Shown: positions 24,451-38,090, counted from the stretch's first letter. The stretch: 64,000 nucleotides of DNA from Dicyema japonicum (GCA_011109175.1 RDEW01000004.1:1278705-1342704), one strand, 5' to 3'. Numbers and translations: made by a program. Notes: a model not told the origin generated them from the letters alone.

Positions 24451-24939
24451 TCCCGAGAAAACAAAAATTAATTAAGTTTCCCTTATGCGGTATTCCCAAT
24501 CATCCGTTCCGTCGACCATGATCCTCTTTGCGCGNTGAGTTTGTGAACCACATGACGCACGCTAGCAATTCAAGCTTCATGGAGCTAAGGGGAATAGGAG
24601 GAACAAAAAAAACGAATAAAAAATCTTCAATTTAAGTAGCTATATAGGACCACACTAACTTAATTTCTTAATATTATTAAAAATTGTTTATTTTTAATAA
24701 TATTGTTGTTAGATTTGAATAAATAAACTTAAACATTAATAAATTAATTGGAAAAAAACTAATTCTCGATCAGATTAAACCTTACCTCCCAGACGTATCA
24801 TTCCAACATGACTTTAAGAAGGCCCGTTCCACAACTACCCAGCTTACTTGCTTGACAAAATTCATCAAGGAAGGACTTCAACGCAAACCTCGGCATCAAA
24901 AATTTCTCCGTTTCTTGAAGAAACTGAGACAGATAGCTA

Positions 24940-27900
24940 CACTAAAATGTAAATGAGACTCGGTGGCTTTTCCATTTGATCTCTGTCAAGATCGTGAGAG
25001 GCAACCCAAAGTCTATTATGTCGGCGGGGGTCATTTTTGATTGATTTTTTGGTTAATAAATCATTTAGACAGGAGATTTGATTTACAACTAATGCAGCAC
25101 ACTTTTAATTTAAAAACAGTTTTTTGCATCAAATTGTTCGTATAAGAATTATGTCAAGCTAACATACTTATTCATCAACTTTTGGAATGTGATAGACCTT
25201 ACTAGTTGAGGAAAAGTCAAAGCATGTTTAACGAACTACTTGAACTCGTATTCAATACTCGGTACAACAAATCGTTTGTATAGGTTTTCGTCCTACGTCC
25301 ACATGGACTCGAATGAAACAAGAGAACTCACAAATCAAAGAATATAGAAAAAAATCAAGATTTTATACGGCCAAACATTCAACCTTAATAGTGAAATTAC
25401 AGAGTTAATCAACAAGAGGAAATTAGACCAATGGAACAATTTCTTTACAAAAATTAACCACCGAACAAAACTAAAGGATTTTTTGGGAACTTTATGTGGA
25501 ATTCAGTCGAAACAAATCGTGTGGAGACAACCCACGACACCAGTATTGACAGAATTAAACACCACGTGATTTCACTCATCAGACAGATATCATAATTGAC
25601 CACTACGAAAAAGTGAGTCATATGAACAAATGCTCCTGTCATGCAAAACGTTCAAACTCCTCAAGGAAATCCGATTGCAATCAGTCCGTCTGATGTCGAC
25701 AAACTCATAAAAAACTCTTCTGCCAAAGGGCTTGATGGAATTTGCATTCTGTATTTATAGCACCTCAAGGCAATAACAAACATAATTTCTCTGTCCATCA
25801 ATTTGAAAATATCATCTGACAGCATGCCGGATTTGCATTTATCATAAAGGTTTGCATTCATAGGCCAGTTGATATTGATTACCGATTTGAGCAGAACTCT
25901 GTGGAAAGAGTTAAGACGGTCCATTGCTTAGAGATTCCCCAAGTCCCAGAGTCGTATGTTAGTAGCCACAGCAGACGTTACCTTTGATAGCTGAAATCAA
26001 TGTCAATCATTGTCAAAAAATAACTTCGTTACCTGAAGACAAGTTCTGGAACGCTGGAACGAATCAGGATCAANATGTTAGTAGCCACGTTACCTTTGAT
26101 AGCTGAAATCAATGTCAAAAAATAACTTCGTTACCTGAAGACAAGTTCTGGAACGCTGGAACGAATCAGGATCAAGGAGTTAGTTGGCTACCCTTTATCT
26201 GGAATAAATTTATATCCGATTTAAGCCACACCAATGATTCTGGGAGTGGCGCTTATATTTACAGAACATGTCTGTTACTCACGAAATGAGAATCCTGAAG
26301 ATGATCTCAAAACCTCTCTAAAGGAACGCTGGGCTCCTTTCCGCTGGCTCCTTTTTACAACCGGCATTAATTTACGTCAGTGAATCGTGGTCGATGGCAA
26401 TTTCCAGCTCTACTCTTCTGAAACTGTCCACAATCCAGGAATCCGCCAAAAGATTAATTTGCCGAAACTTTTTGTTTGCCTCTCTGAAAGCAGTTTTACT
26501 CTTCTGAAACTGTCCACAATCCAGGAATCCGCCAAAAGATTAATTTGCCGAAACTTTTTGTTTGCCTCTCTGAAAGCAGTTTTTATTGGACAGAGGATGA
26601 TGAGGGAAGCTACTCTGCCTAACAGCCCCCTTTGTAAAGCCATGAACAAATATCTTAAAAACAGTCCTCGAAACGAGATAAAACATGTCCTCTCTAGGAT
26701 ACAAGAGGACGTTTTCCGTCATACATTTAATGGTAGAGTTAGAGCAAATACGTCTAAACTAACATTATCTATCTGAAAACTACATGTTTATGCACAACAC
26801 TGGGGAGGGTGACAAAAGACTCTACTGAACTGTATGACTTTTACTTTCAGATCAATAAGACTGGAAATAACGGAATCTTCTAGAGACTGTTCGGACATAT
26901 TTTAAGGCGGATTTAACCTCACAATCGAATATAGCAATGGAAGGGTATTATGCTCGGCAGGAAGGATGTTTTTTGTGGAAGGTCGAAAGCAACTCTTCAG
27001 TTGTCATAGGAAATGACCTGAAAACACTGATAAGGAATTGAGATCCCCAGATGACCAAGACTTATTGATCTGGGATAGGAAGAGATTGACATCTAAAACT
27101 GTGTCCTCTGCCCCACATGGGGGTATTATGGGTCTCATGAAGGTGCTATGCAGTCTGTGTCCAGCCACTAAACTTCACTACAAAACATGTTAAATCCAAG
27201 ATTTTCTTCCTCGATAATTTGTATAAGTTACTATCCTTAGTAGAAATGAAAACATTAAGTGTACTATGGTTCTGTCATAAAGCACTAGGGTTGCATCACC
27301 AGCTCCACCTTCCGACTAATCACTAAAACATTTGGATTCTCAATTTAAGTTTTTTTTGAAACCTTTCAAGTCATTTTTTTAGTTTTAAAGTTACCCAGGA
27401 TTATGCCTTTATTCTTGAGTGAGTAACCATCAGCTTTAAATTCAGCCAGATCTCATATTTTAAGATGTTACCCCCACGATAGCAATAGTGATCAACTTGG
27501 AGATACCACTGGATTCTCTGACGTCATGACTTGTGAGTTTACTCAGACTTTCTACTATACCTTGATTTGTCCTGACAGTAATTGTGGATAACAACCGATT
27601 CTTCAAAGCAAATTTGGTTTCTAACGTTCTTATAATTAAATATTCAAACTACTCTGTTTGTCTTCCATGTTTGTCTCGAGGGCGTTTATGTGACTTCCGA
27701 ATAACTAGAAAAATATTTAAATAAATGACGAAAATAATTAATTCTGGCGAAATCGGCATTGTCGTTCAAATAAGGGTATTTTAATATCTAAAAGAAACTT
27801 CAATTAGTGCCCTCGACAAAATGAGACCGTTACATATTTCAACATTCGAAACAGTACTTTTGTCTTTCAACTTCCGTGATAGACCAGACCAGTAATTGGC

Positions 27901-28859
27901 AAAACAAGGTAAAGAACCCATAACTTACTGACATTATTGTACAAATGTCAAATATTACTGATATCTAGCAACAAATGTCAAATATACTAATTAAGTTCCC
28001 ACATGTGCCGCATACGAGACGGTAGTTCACCCAATAAAATTATTAAATTCCAATAGTGGTGAGATACTGGATGATTCAGTCAATAGGGCGGAAATAATAT
28101 GATTTTTAGGACATTTTTAAAACAAAATATTACAATTAGGACATCTTAAGAAAAAATAGGACAATTATATCATTTTTTTATTTTTCATTGCAGACGAACG
28201 TTGTGCTACTTCATGAAGTTCAATGAGGGGGCCGGTGTAGTATTTTATTATCATCAAGTAATAAAATAATTTTCAATATCCCCCTTTACAGAAAATTATA
28301 TCATTTTTTTATTTTTCATTGCAGACGAACGTTGTGCTACTTCATGAAGTTCAATGAGGGGGCCGGTGTAGTATTTTATTATCATCAAGTAATAAAATAA
28401 TTTTCAATATCCCCCTTTACAGAAATAGAACTGATTTTTTCAAAATAGATTTTTGCCATTGATGTTTCGTAATTTCAAAAAGTTCATGAAACAAATTTTC
28501 ATTCACTATTGACCGCCTTACATTGGCAAAAAAATCCCTTCGTCTTCAAAAATTATTCACTGTCATTTATTACAATGAGATTTTCGGATTAATAAAATGG
28601 CGCTTTAAGGAACTCCCCCGTCTTGTGATAAATCTCACACGTATTCTGCGCTTATCAATTTCAAAAGAGAAATGTTCATTTTTCAATTAAGTCGTTAAAA
28701 GTGTGATATTTTTGACATGAAAAATTTATTTTCAAAAACACAAAAATTAATCAAAAATGATCCCCGCCGACTTAATCGACGTTGAGTTGCCTCTTGCGAT
28801 CGCAACAGAGATCTACTGGAGAAGCCACCGAGTCTCACGTACGTCGTGGTTTTTTACTG
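24940..28859 (-). mobile_element. Decayed ~3.9 kb TIR DNA transposon (Merlin/ISXO2-like remnants) carrying nested LINE fragments
   Basis: About 110 bp imperfect inverted repeats (24940-25055 and 28740-28859; shared GAGACTCGGTGGC..GATCTCTGT..GAGAGGCAAC), flanked on both sides by TAGCTA. Weak remnants VWSITEVERQKYCF..FVEGT (~27800-27900) and ESMW (~25300). Confidence 0.55.
25661..26200 (-). mobile_element. RTE-like LINE 3' fragment nested in the TIR element
   Basis: DRLNSFHRVLLKSVININWP..NANLY. Confidence 0.55.
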
Positions 28860-29239
28860 TAGCTAGGCGTCCAAGTTTATGAAATGAAACGATTTTTTTG
28901 ACAATATATTCATTGCACAATTTTAAAAAAATGAAAAAAACAAGTAATATGAAAAATTTTATTATTTTCATTTTTCAATATCTTACAGCCTTCATCATAT
29001 AAATTATATCAAATTTGAAATTTTATAAAAAACTTGTCTAATTTTTTAATTATATAATTTATTTTATTTTATTGAACCAAAAAACCTACCGGTATATCCA
29101 AATAACAAGAAAAAGGTTTGAATTTTCTCGTGGCATCATGTGGTTCACCTTTTGTGGTGACGCTCAGTGTAATAATACACCAAAAAGAACCATTTGCTCT
29201 TCCCCATCCAGACTCTTTATGCCTGGATGGTATACCTCA

Positions 29240-29441
29240 AATAAATAAATAAATAACAAGAAAAAGGTGATTCCAGCCTCTTTCATCAGTTTCAGCATCT
29301 TTTTCGGTGTTCCGACTGCGTTCCTGCACACTTCCGATATGAAAGAAGTCCGCATACTCAAGTCCTTCGCAGGGGCACTGTTCCAGTCGCCTCTACCATA
29401 TTTTTTAGATTTCTTGGCAGAATTTTCACTCGGGAATATTT
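29240..29441 (-). repeat. 'GIT-stop' family, divergent copy interrupted by a hAT element
   Basis: GRGDWN...CRNAVGTPKKMLKLMKEAGIT. Confidence 0.55.
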
Positions 29442-29449
29442 CCTTAGTA

Positions 29450-30004
29450 CAGTGGTTTCCAACCTTTTGAGAGCACGGAACCCTATCGACATTTTTCATG
29501 TCAATAATGTTCGGATTCTTATTTTTCGCAATAAGAACAAAGCCTTTAAATTGCCCAGTCAATGTTTTTCGTTTATTTTGATTTTTTTGTAAAATGGGAT
29601 GCTTTTACTTTATTCTGGTCCAAATTCCGCATAAAATATTTTTCTGAAAGTTCTGGGGGCTTGGTTGAGAAATAACGTCCAAGTTTTGTTGGAGCTATAA
29701 CACTATTCGCAAGTTTTTCACCGCAAACAGCACAAAGTAATAAAGGGCAATCCATGTCCCCAGTGTGAAACCAAAGGCAATATAACTTTCTCGATACGAT
29801 CGAACTTTTAGATATGCACTGTCACAAGATTCTTCTGAAAAAAATAATTAAAAAAATTTTTGGAACTTCGCAGAACCCCTAGATTATTTCGCGGAACCCA
29901 GGTTGCACTTTCACAAGACTCTTTTGAAAAAAAGAATTAAAAAAATTTTTGGAACTTCGCAGAACCCCTAGATTATTTCGCGGAACCCAGGTTGGGAACC
30001 GCCG
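29450..30004 (-). mobile_element. Internally deleted hAT (ZBED5/FAM200/Buster-like) transposon
   Basis: TIRs CAGTGGTTTCCAACC / GGTTGGGAACCGCCG; imperfect flanks ccttagta / cctagtag; BED-finger remnant DCPLLLCAVCGEKLANS. Confidence 0.85.
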
Positions 30005-30189
30005 CCTAGTAGGTTTGCTGCCTTTATTTGAATGTTGCATATAATCGAATGTACTGAATTTATAGTTGTTTTCAAATGTATAAAATCTCTGTTTTACAAA
30101 TTGTTTCGACAATTACATTTTTTACATTTAAATTATTTACCAGTAAATGTTACTTTCATCAATAATTAATAGAATACTCATTCGACTTT

Positions 30190-30790
30190 TATGGAAACAG
30201 AAGACTTTCAACGTAGGGTTCGATTCTTCCCCTCACGTTGGTACTTGGCTGAACGCGTTCCCATCATCGTCAATCGGTTCCCTTCTTTAACAGAACGCCC
30301 TCCGGAATGGGATTTCTCTCCGTCTCGGGATCGACCTGTGACAGCCTCATACATGCCGTTGTGGATCTGTTGTGGACTGCAAATGACTTCACCAGATCTA
30401 TTGCCGTCTCAACAGAGACCGGTTCCCGACGCATACAGCCACAAAAGGGGTTAAGAAGCGCTTTCTTGAGGCGTCTGGTTTTCCGTCGTCTCTGGAACCG
30501 GTGGACCTGGATCATAAAGATGGAAAGCACCAAGACGTACCGACACCTTTTCCTAGTCGAGACTTGCTGATTCCGCGTTGAAAGTTGGGGAGGCTGTTCA
30601 GCCTCTCCACAAGATTCCATGTTCAGCCCTTTGTTGTCCTAAGACGGTCTATTTTCTAAGATCGCTTGGGACAATGATTTCGAAAGTTAGCAACGAACAT
30701 CGGGAAACCGAATGGTTGTTCCAAAGGATTTCTCTGGCAGTTGTCAGGGGAAACAGCCATTCCATTCTATCTGATAGATTGTCTTGTTTC
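30190..30790 (+). mobile_element. CRE-like retroposon 3' fragment
   Basis: GTWLNAFP..ISLRLG..HTCRCG; LEPVDLDHKDGK; WLFQRISLAVVRGNS. Confidence 0.8.
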
Positions 30791-31989
30791 GCAATAAATT
30801 GTTTTCTTACAAAAAATTAAAAAGAATTGTTTGTAGAAAAATTTGAGGTCTCTATACTTTCTTGACATTCAGTCTGATGTTATTTTTTACTAAAATGTTG
30901 ATCGATGTAGTATTTGTAGATGATTTTACTATCTTAGAGCATTTTTGGCAAAATAAATCTCCTTTATGTGTTTTTGTAAATAATTATAATTTTTTCTAAA
31001 TTTTATTTGAAATTCGTTCCTCATTTTTGCCTCTGAGATCTAATGGTTTTAATAATTGAGAAAATAATACAAACCTTAAAAGTACGAAAATATTTTCGTA
31101 GCCACATTAGGAACCTCACTTAGTCAGCATCACTCATTAAAGGAAGTGCTTCATTCTAAGGAAGCAATGCCGTAAATATCAATATTTTGAATATAAATTT
31201 AATTTACGCAATTCCAAGAAATTCTCGATGAATCGCAGATTCAGATTTTCTGAAAACCCAATCGTCGAAGATCAATTGCTCGCTTTATGGCAGTCATCAT
31301 TAATTTTGGAGGAACGCATTAATACAATTTCTCAGAACCTCAATATCTTCAGAACACCCCCAAGAACACAATTACTGCCGATTAAGAGAATGCCCACTAG
31401 AAATAATTTAATTGACTTGAAAATGAGAGTGAAGAAACTCAATTCGGTGAAACGACGACTTAGATTTCACTAACGATTTCATTTTTAATAAATCTTATTA
31501 AATTGTCAATCTCTCGCATTTATACAAGGGTGTTGTAAGTAGTGCTCATTCAGTATTTAGCCATTCTGGCAGTCAAAGTCCATGGTTGACTTTAACAAAG
31601 AACTGAAGCTTGGGGGTAGCAAGTGAGTAGTTCATATTTCAAAATAATCACGAAGAATCGATTAATTACATAGATATAATCAACAATATAAATGTTACTT
31701 AATATAAGTTGTATTATGTAATTATTTTTTATATATTAAACAATTTATTAAAAAAATAGACAACTTTCGAAATCATTGACCCAAGCGATCTTAGAAAAAA
31801 ACCGTCTTATAAGTTGTATTATGTAATTATTTTTTATATATTAAACAATTTATTACAAAAATAGACAACTTTCGAAATCATTGACCCAAGCGATCTTAGA
31901 AAAAAACCGTCTTAGGACAACAAAGAATTTTGTGGAGAGGATGTCGTATTTTTTATTTTGACATTCTCGAAAGTCCGAGCAGCCTCCCC

Positions 31990-32537
31990 AGCTTTCAATT
32001 CGGAACCAGCAAGTCTCGACTGGGAATGGGTGTTGGTACATGCCTTTACATTGCCCTCTATTCATGGACCCACAAAAGGAATAGATATATTTCGGGAATT
32101 TGGGGAATGTCTTAAACAGCAAAACTGGATCCCTTGAAAATGGTTTCGATTGCAACTGACGGATACTCTTCAATGATTGGATATAAAAATGGTCTTCAAG
32201 GACTCGTCATTAAATTAAAATTTCAATTTTAAATTTCCCAAATTTGGTTACGAATGCGTATAACAATGCGTTTGTATTTGGATCAACGTATGTTTGTGAA
32301 GCTTTGTTCAGCGGATCAAATTTCTCAACCAATTAATTGATAAACATTATATGCAAATCTAACGTACGTCGTCACCAAAACTGAGTCCCTGTTTTGAAAG
32401 AATAGTTGAAGGAAAGTTGATTTAACTCTCACATTAATTTTAGTTAATAAAGTTTAATTTTCTTAACAAAATTTTTGCGGCCCGCGAACCAATTAATGTT
32501 GATTTTACTCGCAGACCAAAAAAGTTGAAATCCATTG
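31990..32537 (+). mobile_element. hAT (SPIN/GTF2IRD2-like) transposase remnant with 3' TIR
   Basis: SIATDGYSSMIG and FGSTYVCEALFS; end GTTGAAATCCATTG at 32524-32537. Confidence 0.75.
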
Positions 32538-32758
32538 ATGTAGACCTACATAACGGATGCGGAGCCTCAGTGCACGCAACGGGGTGTTTCCAAATAATCC
32601 GTGTCTTGATTAAAGCTGGACATCACTAATTCTTTCAATTCGTTAAGAAGAGATCGCATCATTAAAGTGTGCAGTAAGAAAGCATCTGAGCTCATTCCCT
32701 TTGTCAATCTTTCATACGGATCAAATTCCTCTCTGGTTTTTGGGAATGAGATCATCAA

Positions 32759-33370
32759 ATGGCAGTCCGGAGTACAGCAAGAAACCCGTTAGGGCCACTC
32801 CTCTTTGCGTTGAAGATCGATCAAGTCGTTTGTTCCGTCGATACTAAATTCAACCTCTTGTATCTTGATGACGGACAATCGGAGGGACATGGAGAAATGT
32901 TTATAACAGTCTATAGCACATGGTACCTCCCTTACAAGATCTCGGCCTTTGAGGTCGACAGTGCAAAATTACGGAAGTACCTTTAGTCCAAAACGGAAGA
33001 TCATTCCCTCTTTACGAAAAGAGTTGCTATTCTGGACTCGCACACATCTTTTTTGATCATGAGGAGAAGCTTATGTTTGAAAAAATTTCAATACACTCTT
33101 CGGAGTTACCCGTGCTTCGGAAATCGAGATTTTTTACTGAGCCTGGATCAGACGTTGAGGCAAACAGTCGTGTCACTGAATTTTCATTGTGACAAACTGG
33201 GTTGGACACAATGCAAACTTCTTTCAAGTCTCGGAGGAGTTAGCCTAAGATCTGCTTTAGAAATCGCCCATCCAGAATACCTATCGTTGCTTTCAAGCTG
33301 CAGTCATTTCGTCCGGGAAATCCTATGTCGGCAGCGGGCTTCCCAGCTCAACTTGTCAAATATCAACTGA
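32759..33370 (+). mobile_element. CRE-like RT fragment
   Basis: NPLGPLLFAL...YLDDG; LGGVSLRSALEIAHP.YLS. Confidence 0.75.
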
Positions 33371-33379
33371 GTGTCGTCT

Positions 33380-34100
33380 ACCTGGATATATTGAAGGCCT
33401 TCGATAGTGTTGGCATGACGCACTGTTTTGTCAGCTAGTCACAGCTGAAATCCCGAAACTTTTACTCGATTTGTTAAGGAATCTTCTGACAGAGAGAAGA
33501 TCATTTGTGAGATAAGGAGGATTTACTTCTGAAGATATTGTTATGAAGAGGGGAGTGCAACAAAATCAGTATTGAGTCCTCTTCTCTTTAATATATTTAT
33601 GAGAGATTTTCCTGCTCCCATGAATGCTAGTACTAACGTGATTATTTATGCGGACAACGTACTGATATTAGACATCTCTAATAGTCCGTCGGTCTCGGAA
33701 GGAAGATTACGTGGATTTTTGTAGAATTTCTCTGGTGGTGTAAATCCCGAGACTTAAGCCTCTCAATTGAAAAGTCAAAAGCTATGAGAATTTCACACTA
33801 TAGAAAGTTTTTTAACAGGAGTACACACTGAGTGGTATCACCAATGTTGATCATTTGGGTTATTTTGGTGTCGGTTTTGGATGTAAAGGAGATTATGTTG
33901 AAGGTGCTAAAACGAAGAAGAAAAAGATTTACCATGCTCGATTTGAAAAAGGAGACGTTTATCTTCATTCAGAAGATACTGTGAAGCTAGAGGAGGTAAA
34001 CTGCGAAAGAATTCTGGTCTCACGGCAGGATTTTTAATAACGTTATCCACCAAACTAAATAAACACGTGATCCCGATATGTTCTAGCAGAGACTTCAATT
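33380..34100 (+). mobile_element. LINE RT fragment (jockey/CR1-like)
   Basis: LDILKAFDSV, VLSPLLFNIFM, IIYADN; frameshifted. Confidence 0.6.
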
Positions 34101-34520
34101 TGGCCCGATGCTCTCTTCCTCACCCCATACAAGCACAATGACAGGATCTTTGTAGTCACGATGGCAGGTTCCACAGTTCATGCGAATCATGAATTAAAGT
34201 GGCATTGGAGACTGGGTCTCATCAAAAATCCATCGTTCTGTAAATTTGGAAGCTCTTTTTTGGCAATTCTCGATTTTCAAAAAATGAAAGTAATTGCTCT
34301 TAAATTCCTCTTGAATGCAGAAAACCGAATTTTTGTCTGTTTTACAGGTTCAAACTGCGTAAATTATTCGTCCAAAACATTAAGTGCTAACTAACTTAAC
34401 GTTGTTTTGAAATCAATCCTGAAATTAAATGAAAAATTAAAAAACCACGGTAAAATAGCGTAATCCCGACACGTTGCAGTAGTTAAACATCGACCAGAGA
34501 AAGAATTGTCTTAAATCAAC

Positions 34521-34983
34521 TTATCTCAGGAGACACAATTCCCTGGCCGGCATCCAAAAGTTCTTTTCTTTTTGACTCCAGCAGTTCCCACGTGGGAACT
34601 GGATGAAACCTATATAAGGGGAATATTTAAAATTTTGTTTATTGATGAGGTCAAAAAGAAAATGAATGTAAAATATTGACATATTAAGCGTCTTTATTTG
34701 AGATAATTTTTCATCTTTGAATTTCGGAATTGAATTATTCAGTTCTCCAAAAGCGACTTTTAGTGCCTTCATTCGCTTTCTTTCACGTGCATTTGCCTCT
34801 CTTCGTTGTCTCTCATTCTTCACTCGAGTGACCCTAGGAACTTTTAAACATCAAAATTTCGTTACTTGGAAATTTATTGGAATTTTCAACATTTTCGTTT
34901 TTCTTTTGGAAAACAACAATGTTGTGGACATTTGAGTTATTTTTCTGAATTTCTGAGTTTTTGTAATTCTGTGATGCTTCCAT
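34521..34983 (-). CDS. PTF1A: Class A bHLH transcription factor, PTF1A/Fer1-like, 2 exons
   Basis: RREANARERKRMKALKVAFGELNNSIP..EKLSQIKTL..FYIHFL; C-terminal CW....FWMP. ATG 34983 is joined through the 25-nt intron gtaacg..aaag. The family call is firm; orthology is tentative. Confidence 0.75.
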
Positions 34984-35369
34984 TAGTAATTCGACAAATT
35001 TCCAATTATATTTACCCTTTAAAGTAATCTAATTTAAATTAATTGATTGGTTTCCCCGCGAGTTTGTTTTCCTTTAATCCTCTATATTTTTGTTAGCTTT
35101 GAAAAATAATCTTCAACTCAATTTTATTATCTTCACAGTTAATTTTAATTAATTCAATCAAATTTAAAAGTGAAATTGTTTTTCGGCGTGATCTTGAAGA
35201 TCAAAGGAATTCTGCCGGTTCTGTCGAGAACCAGGTAATCCAGAAAAAGTCGAAACTATAAAATAGTTAACCTCCACCATGAAGTAACGTTCGTCCCCCT
35301 GCTGTGGTAACTTCCGGAGCTTTCGAACATTTCCCCACGTTTTGTCTTGGTTCGGCCTGGTAATTTCCA

Positions 35370-35470
35370 AGGACACCGATGGCTGTTTGGGCGTATCTCC
35401 CTAGCAATCCTTAGAGGAAATAGCGACGCAGTCAGGGGTATCTTCTAGCAATCCTTAGAGGAAATAGCCC
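35370..35470 (-). repeat. Structured dispersed repeat (copy D, with partial duplication)
   Basis: Minus: CCCTGACTGCGTCGCTATTTCCTCTAAGGATTGCTAGGGAGATACGCCCAAACAGCC. Confidence 0.65.
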
Positions 35471-35619
35471 ACATCGACTTTCTGCGTAGATTTAAGCACA
35501 GAAACTTTCGGGAAGCGTTGAGGTCTTTTGATGAGACAAATAAAAATGGCAAGGATGATAATGGGAATCGGAATAACTCGTTGGGTTAATATTACCTTCT
35601 TTCTCAATATTTTCCGAGT

Positions 35620-35970
35620 TTGTTATTATAATGCACATTTATATCCTTCCCGTCGCTTGTACCACCCCCGGATGATCCGGTCTGTTAGACCCCTCCACGT
35701 TCTTCTTGAGATTGCGTTTTTTCGGAGGCTGTCTAGATCATCTGCGTCTTTTAATGACATTTTAACATGTTTTAGATCCATGTTCATTATTGACGGCAAA
35801 GTTTTTCGTGGCTTCACTGAAATGCCCTGAGCAGAGGAAATATGATTCTATAATATCGTAAGCAGGAAGGCATGATTCATCTGTAATATGTGCCCTAATA
35901 ATCCCCATCGGGTCTTTGTAATAATTGTATCCGGATTTTGAAATCATATGATCAGTGTATATTCTGAACA
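35620..35970 (-). mobile_element. RTE-like LINE 3' fragment
   Basis: PRKTLPSIMNMDL..DLDSLRKNAISRRTW. Confidence 0.6.
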
Positions 35971-36489
35971 TGGTGGACTTGAAACTAAAAACCCTGAGGA
36001 ACTAGATTTTCTTAAAGAACCTTAATGGATTGTAACATGTAAGAAAATTCTATTTTTACTGTCCATTAATGGTGATTGGAATATTAACGCTGTCATCCGT
36101 AGAGGGAACATTTAATTGGCCATTGTCGCTGTTGGATCGCGTCTACTTTCAATGAAGTTCTCACATTTCGGAACATTTTGAAAATTTGATACCCTGATCT
36201 GGCATTGGTGTTTCTTAAGAAGTCCTTTTAATAATAATCACTAAGATGAATGAAGACGAAAGGAAACCAATCCTATCATTGAATATAAAACCATAGTACC
36301 CTAAGACTATTAAATTGTGACGATTAGTGAATGGCGCCTAAAAGGACCATAAAACAATTGCCCTGACTACGTGGTTGTTCTCTCTCAGGATTCGGTTACT
36401 TTTATTCTCTTGAAGGTCTCAGCCTTTAGTAAGATAATTTTATTACTTGGGATAATTCATTAAAGAAAAAATAGCTATTAGACGTCCTC

Positions 36490-37790
36490 AGTTCTCATTA
36501 TTATTAAAAGCACTTTCACATAACCAAAGAACGTTATATTAACTAAGGTCCCGTTTGTGTCACACGATTCGAGATTTGCTTCACTAGGCGTCTCCACCAC
36601 CCTCTGCTTTACGCATCTGTCTGTATATCTTCTAGGTCTTCTGCAGATTTAAGTTCTCTTCCAATTCCATTAAGATCCTTGTTCAGAGCCACGGGTAGAG
36701 TGACTCTGGGTCTTCCTCTGAACGATGGTTTGTTCTCATTGTTAAAGTAATTGTCCATTATTATATTTGCAGGGGCGTTTATGTCCATTCTAAGCACGTG
36801 CCCAAACAGTCTCCATCTTGATTCAATAATGTCGATGCTTATTGGCCTCGATTGTGCCACAGAGTATAATTTCTTATTTGAAATCTTCTTGGGCGCCCAA
36901 GCAGTCTCCATCTTGATTCAATAATATCGATGTTTATTGGCTTATATTGTGCCACAGAGTATAATTTCTTATTTGAAATTTTCTTTGGCCAACCTAGGTC
37001 CATTAAATTGTGTAATTGTTTTCAATAAAATATATCCATTTTCTTTTGATTTAGCTCTGTGACTCTCCATGTACTCGAGTTGTACATAAGCACCGGCTTT
37101 ATATATGCGTTGTATAGTCTTATTCTTAGATTTGTTTTTATTAGTTTTCGTCGACTCCATATCTTCTGCATTTTCTTATACATGGCAGTGGCTAGAACTC
37201 TTCTATACATCATGTCCTCACTATCACCAAGTAAGGATCCCAATTTCCTTATTTCCTCCAATTTTCATCAATATATTTTAATTCCCTTGTGATTCTTATG
37301 TGTTCAGTCTTTTCCTAATTAACTCGCAGAGACCAATTCTTCAATTCTCTAGGGATATCTCTAAAGCAAGTCCAAGTTCCAGATCATTTCTGACACAAAA
37401 TCTATGTCATCTGCATGAATAATTTCCATCGGCATGCGTCTTTCACATTTTGTTCTAAGAGCTCTCAATGCCGCTTCCAGGTGTACGACGAATAGAACAG
37501 GGGATAGAGAGTCTCCCAGGGGTATTCCAACTGTTGACCCGAAAGGCTTCGATGTTGTGTTCCCAACTCGTACAGTTAATTCAGTGTTAGATAATAGGAA
37601 ACGGACAAGTCTTGTGTTATCCTCATAAAGAAAACTCCAACGTCCAACAATGTTTTTCTGTTGACAGTGTCAAACGCACTGGACATGTCCACTCCCAAAA
37701 TCTTAAGATCACTCCTGTATCGTAGACACATGGTAGTTCTCATAATTCTTGTATTTTTCAATAAAGTCACGTTATAAATCAAAAAGTAGG
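36490..37790 (-). mobile_element. RTE-like LINE (RT to 3' tail)
   Basis: GVDMSSAFDTVNR, PLGDSLSPVLFVVHLEAALR, IRLYNAYIKPVLMYN, RWRLFGHVLRM, GRPRVTLP; (TAA)n tail at ~36497. Confidence 0.85.
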
Positions 37791-37869
37791 TCGAATATTT
37801 GTTGAGGAAGGACCATTAAATACTAAATGATTACTCGGATATAGAAATTAAGTAACACGCTCCAGCTGT

Positions 37870-38090
37870 CGAGAAACATTGGATATTACCACTGACGATG
37901 GTCATTCCCAGAAACTGCAAAAACCATCTCCGTTCATAGGGGTCTCTGAGTCATCCTTGATTTTGTTGAAAACTCCTTTACCCATTTTTCCAATCGCTCC
38001 AGAGGGTTCGAAGAAGATTGGAACAAATCGGAAAAGATCTACAAGGGTTGAGTACTTCTTAAGTTTTCCCATCAGCAAAGTCGTCATTTA
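37870..38090 (-). mobile_element. CRE-like RLE fragment
   Basis: KKYSTL..FVPIFFEPSGAIG. Confidence 0.6.

Noticed and set aside
26800-27670. Apparent micro-intron gene captured inside the TIR element
   Set aside because: GT..AG segments of 20-25 nt occur but give no consistent ORF. Peptide traces (GDLNS, EVKSALK) fit a decayed LINE ORF2 better.
31020-31473. Possible plus-strand gene including ORF 31228-31473
   Set aside because: Candidate introns did not give a stop-free joined frame, and no homology was recognised.
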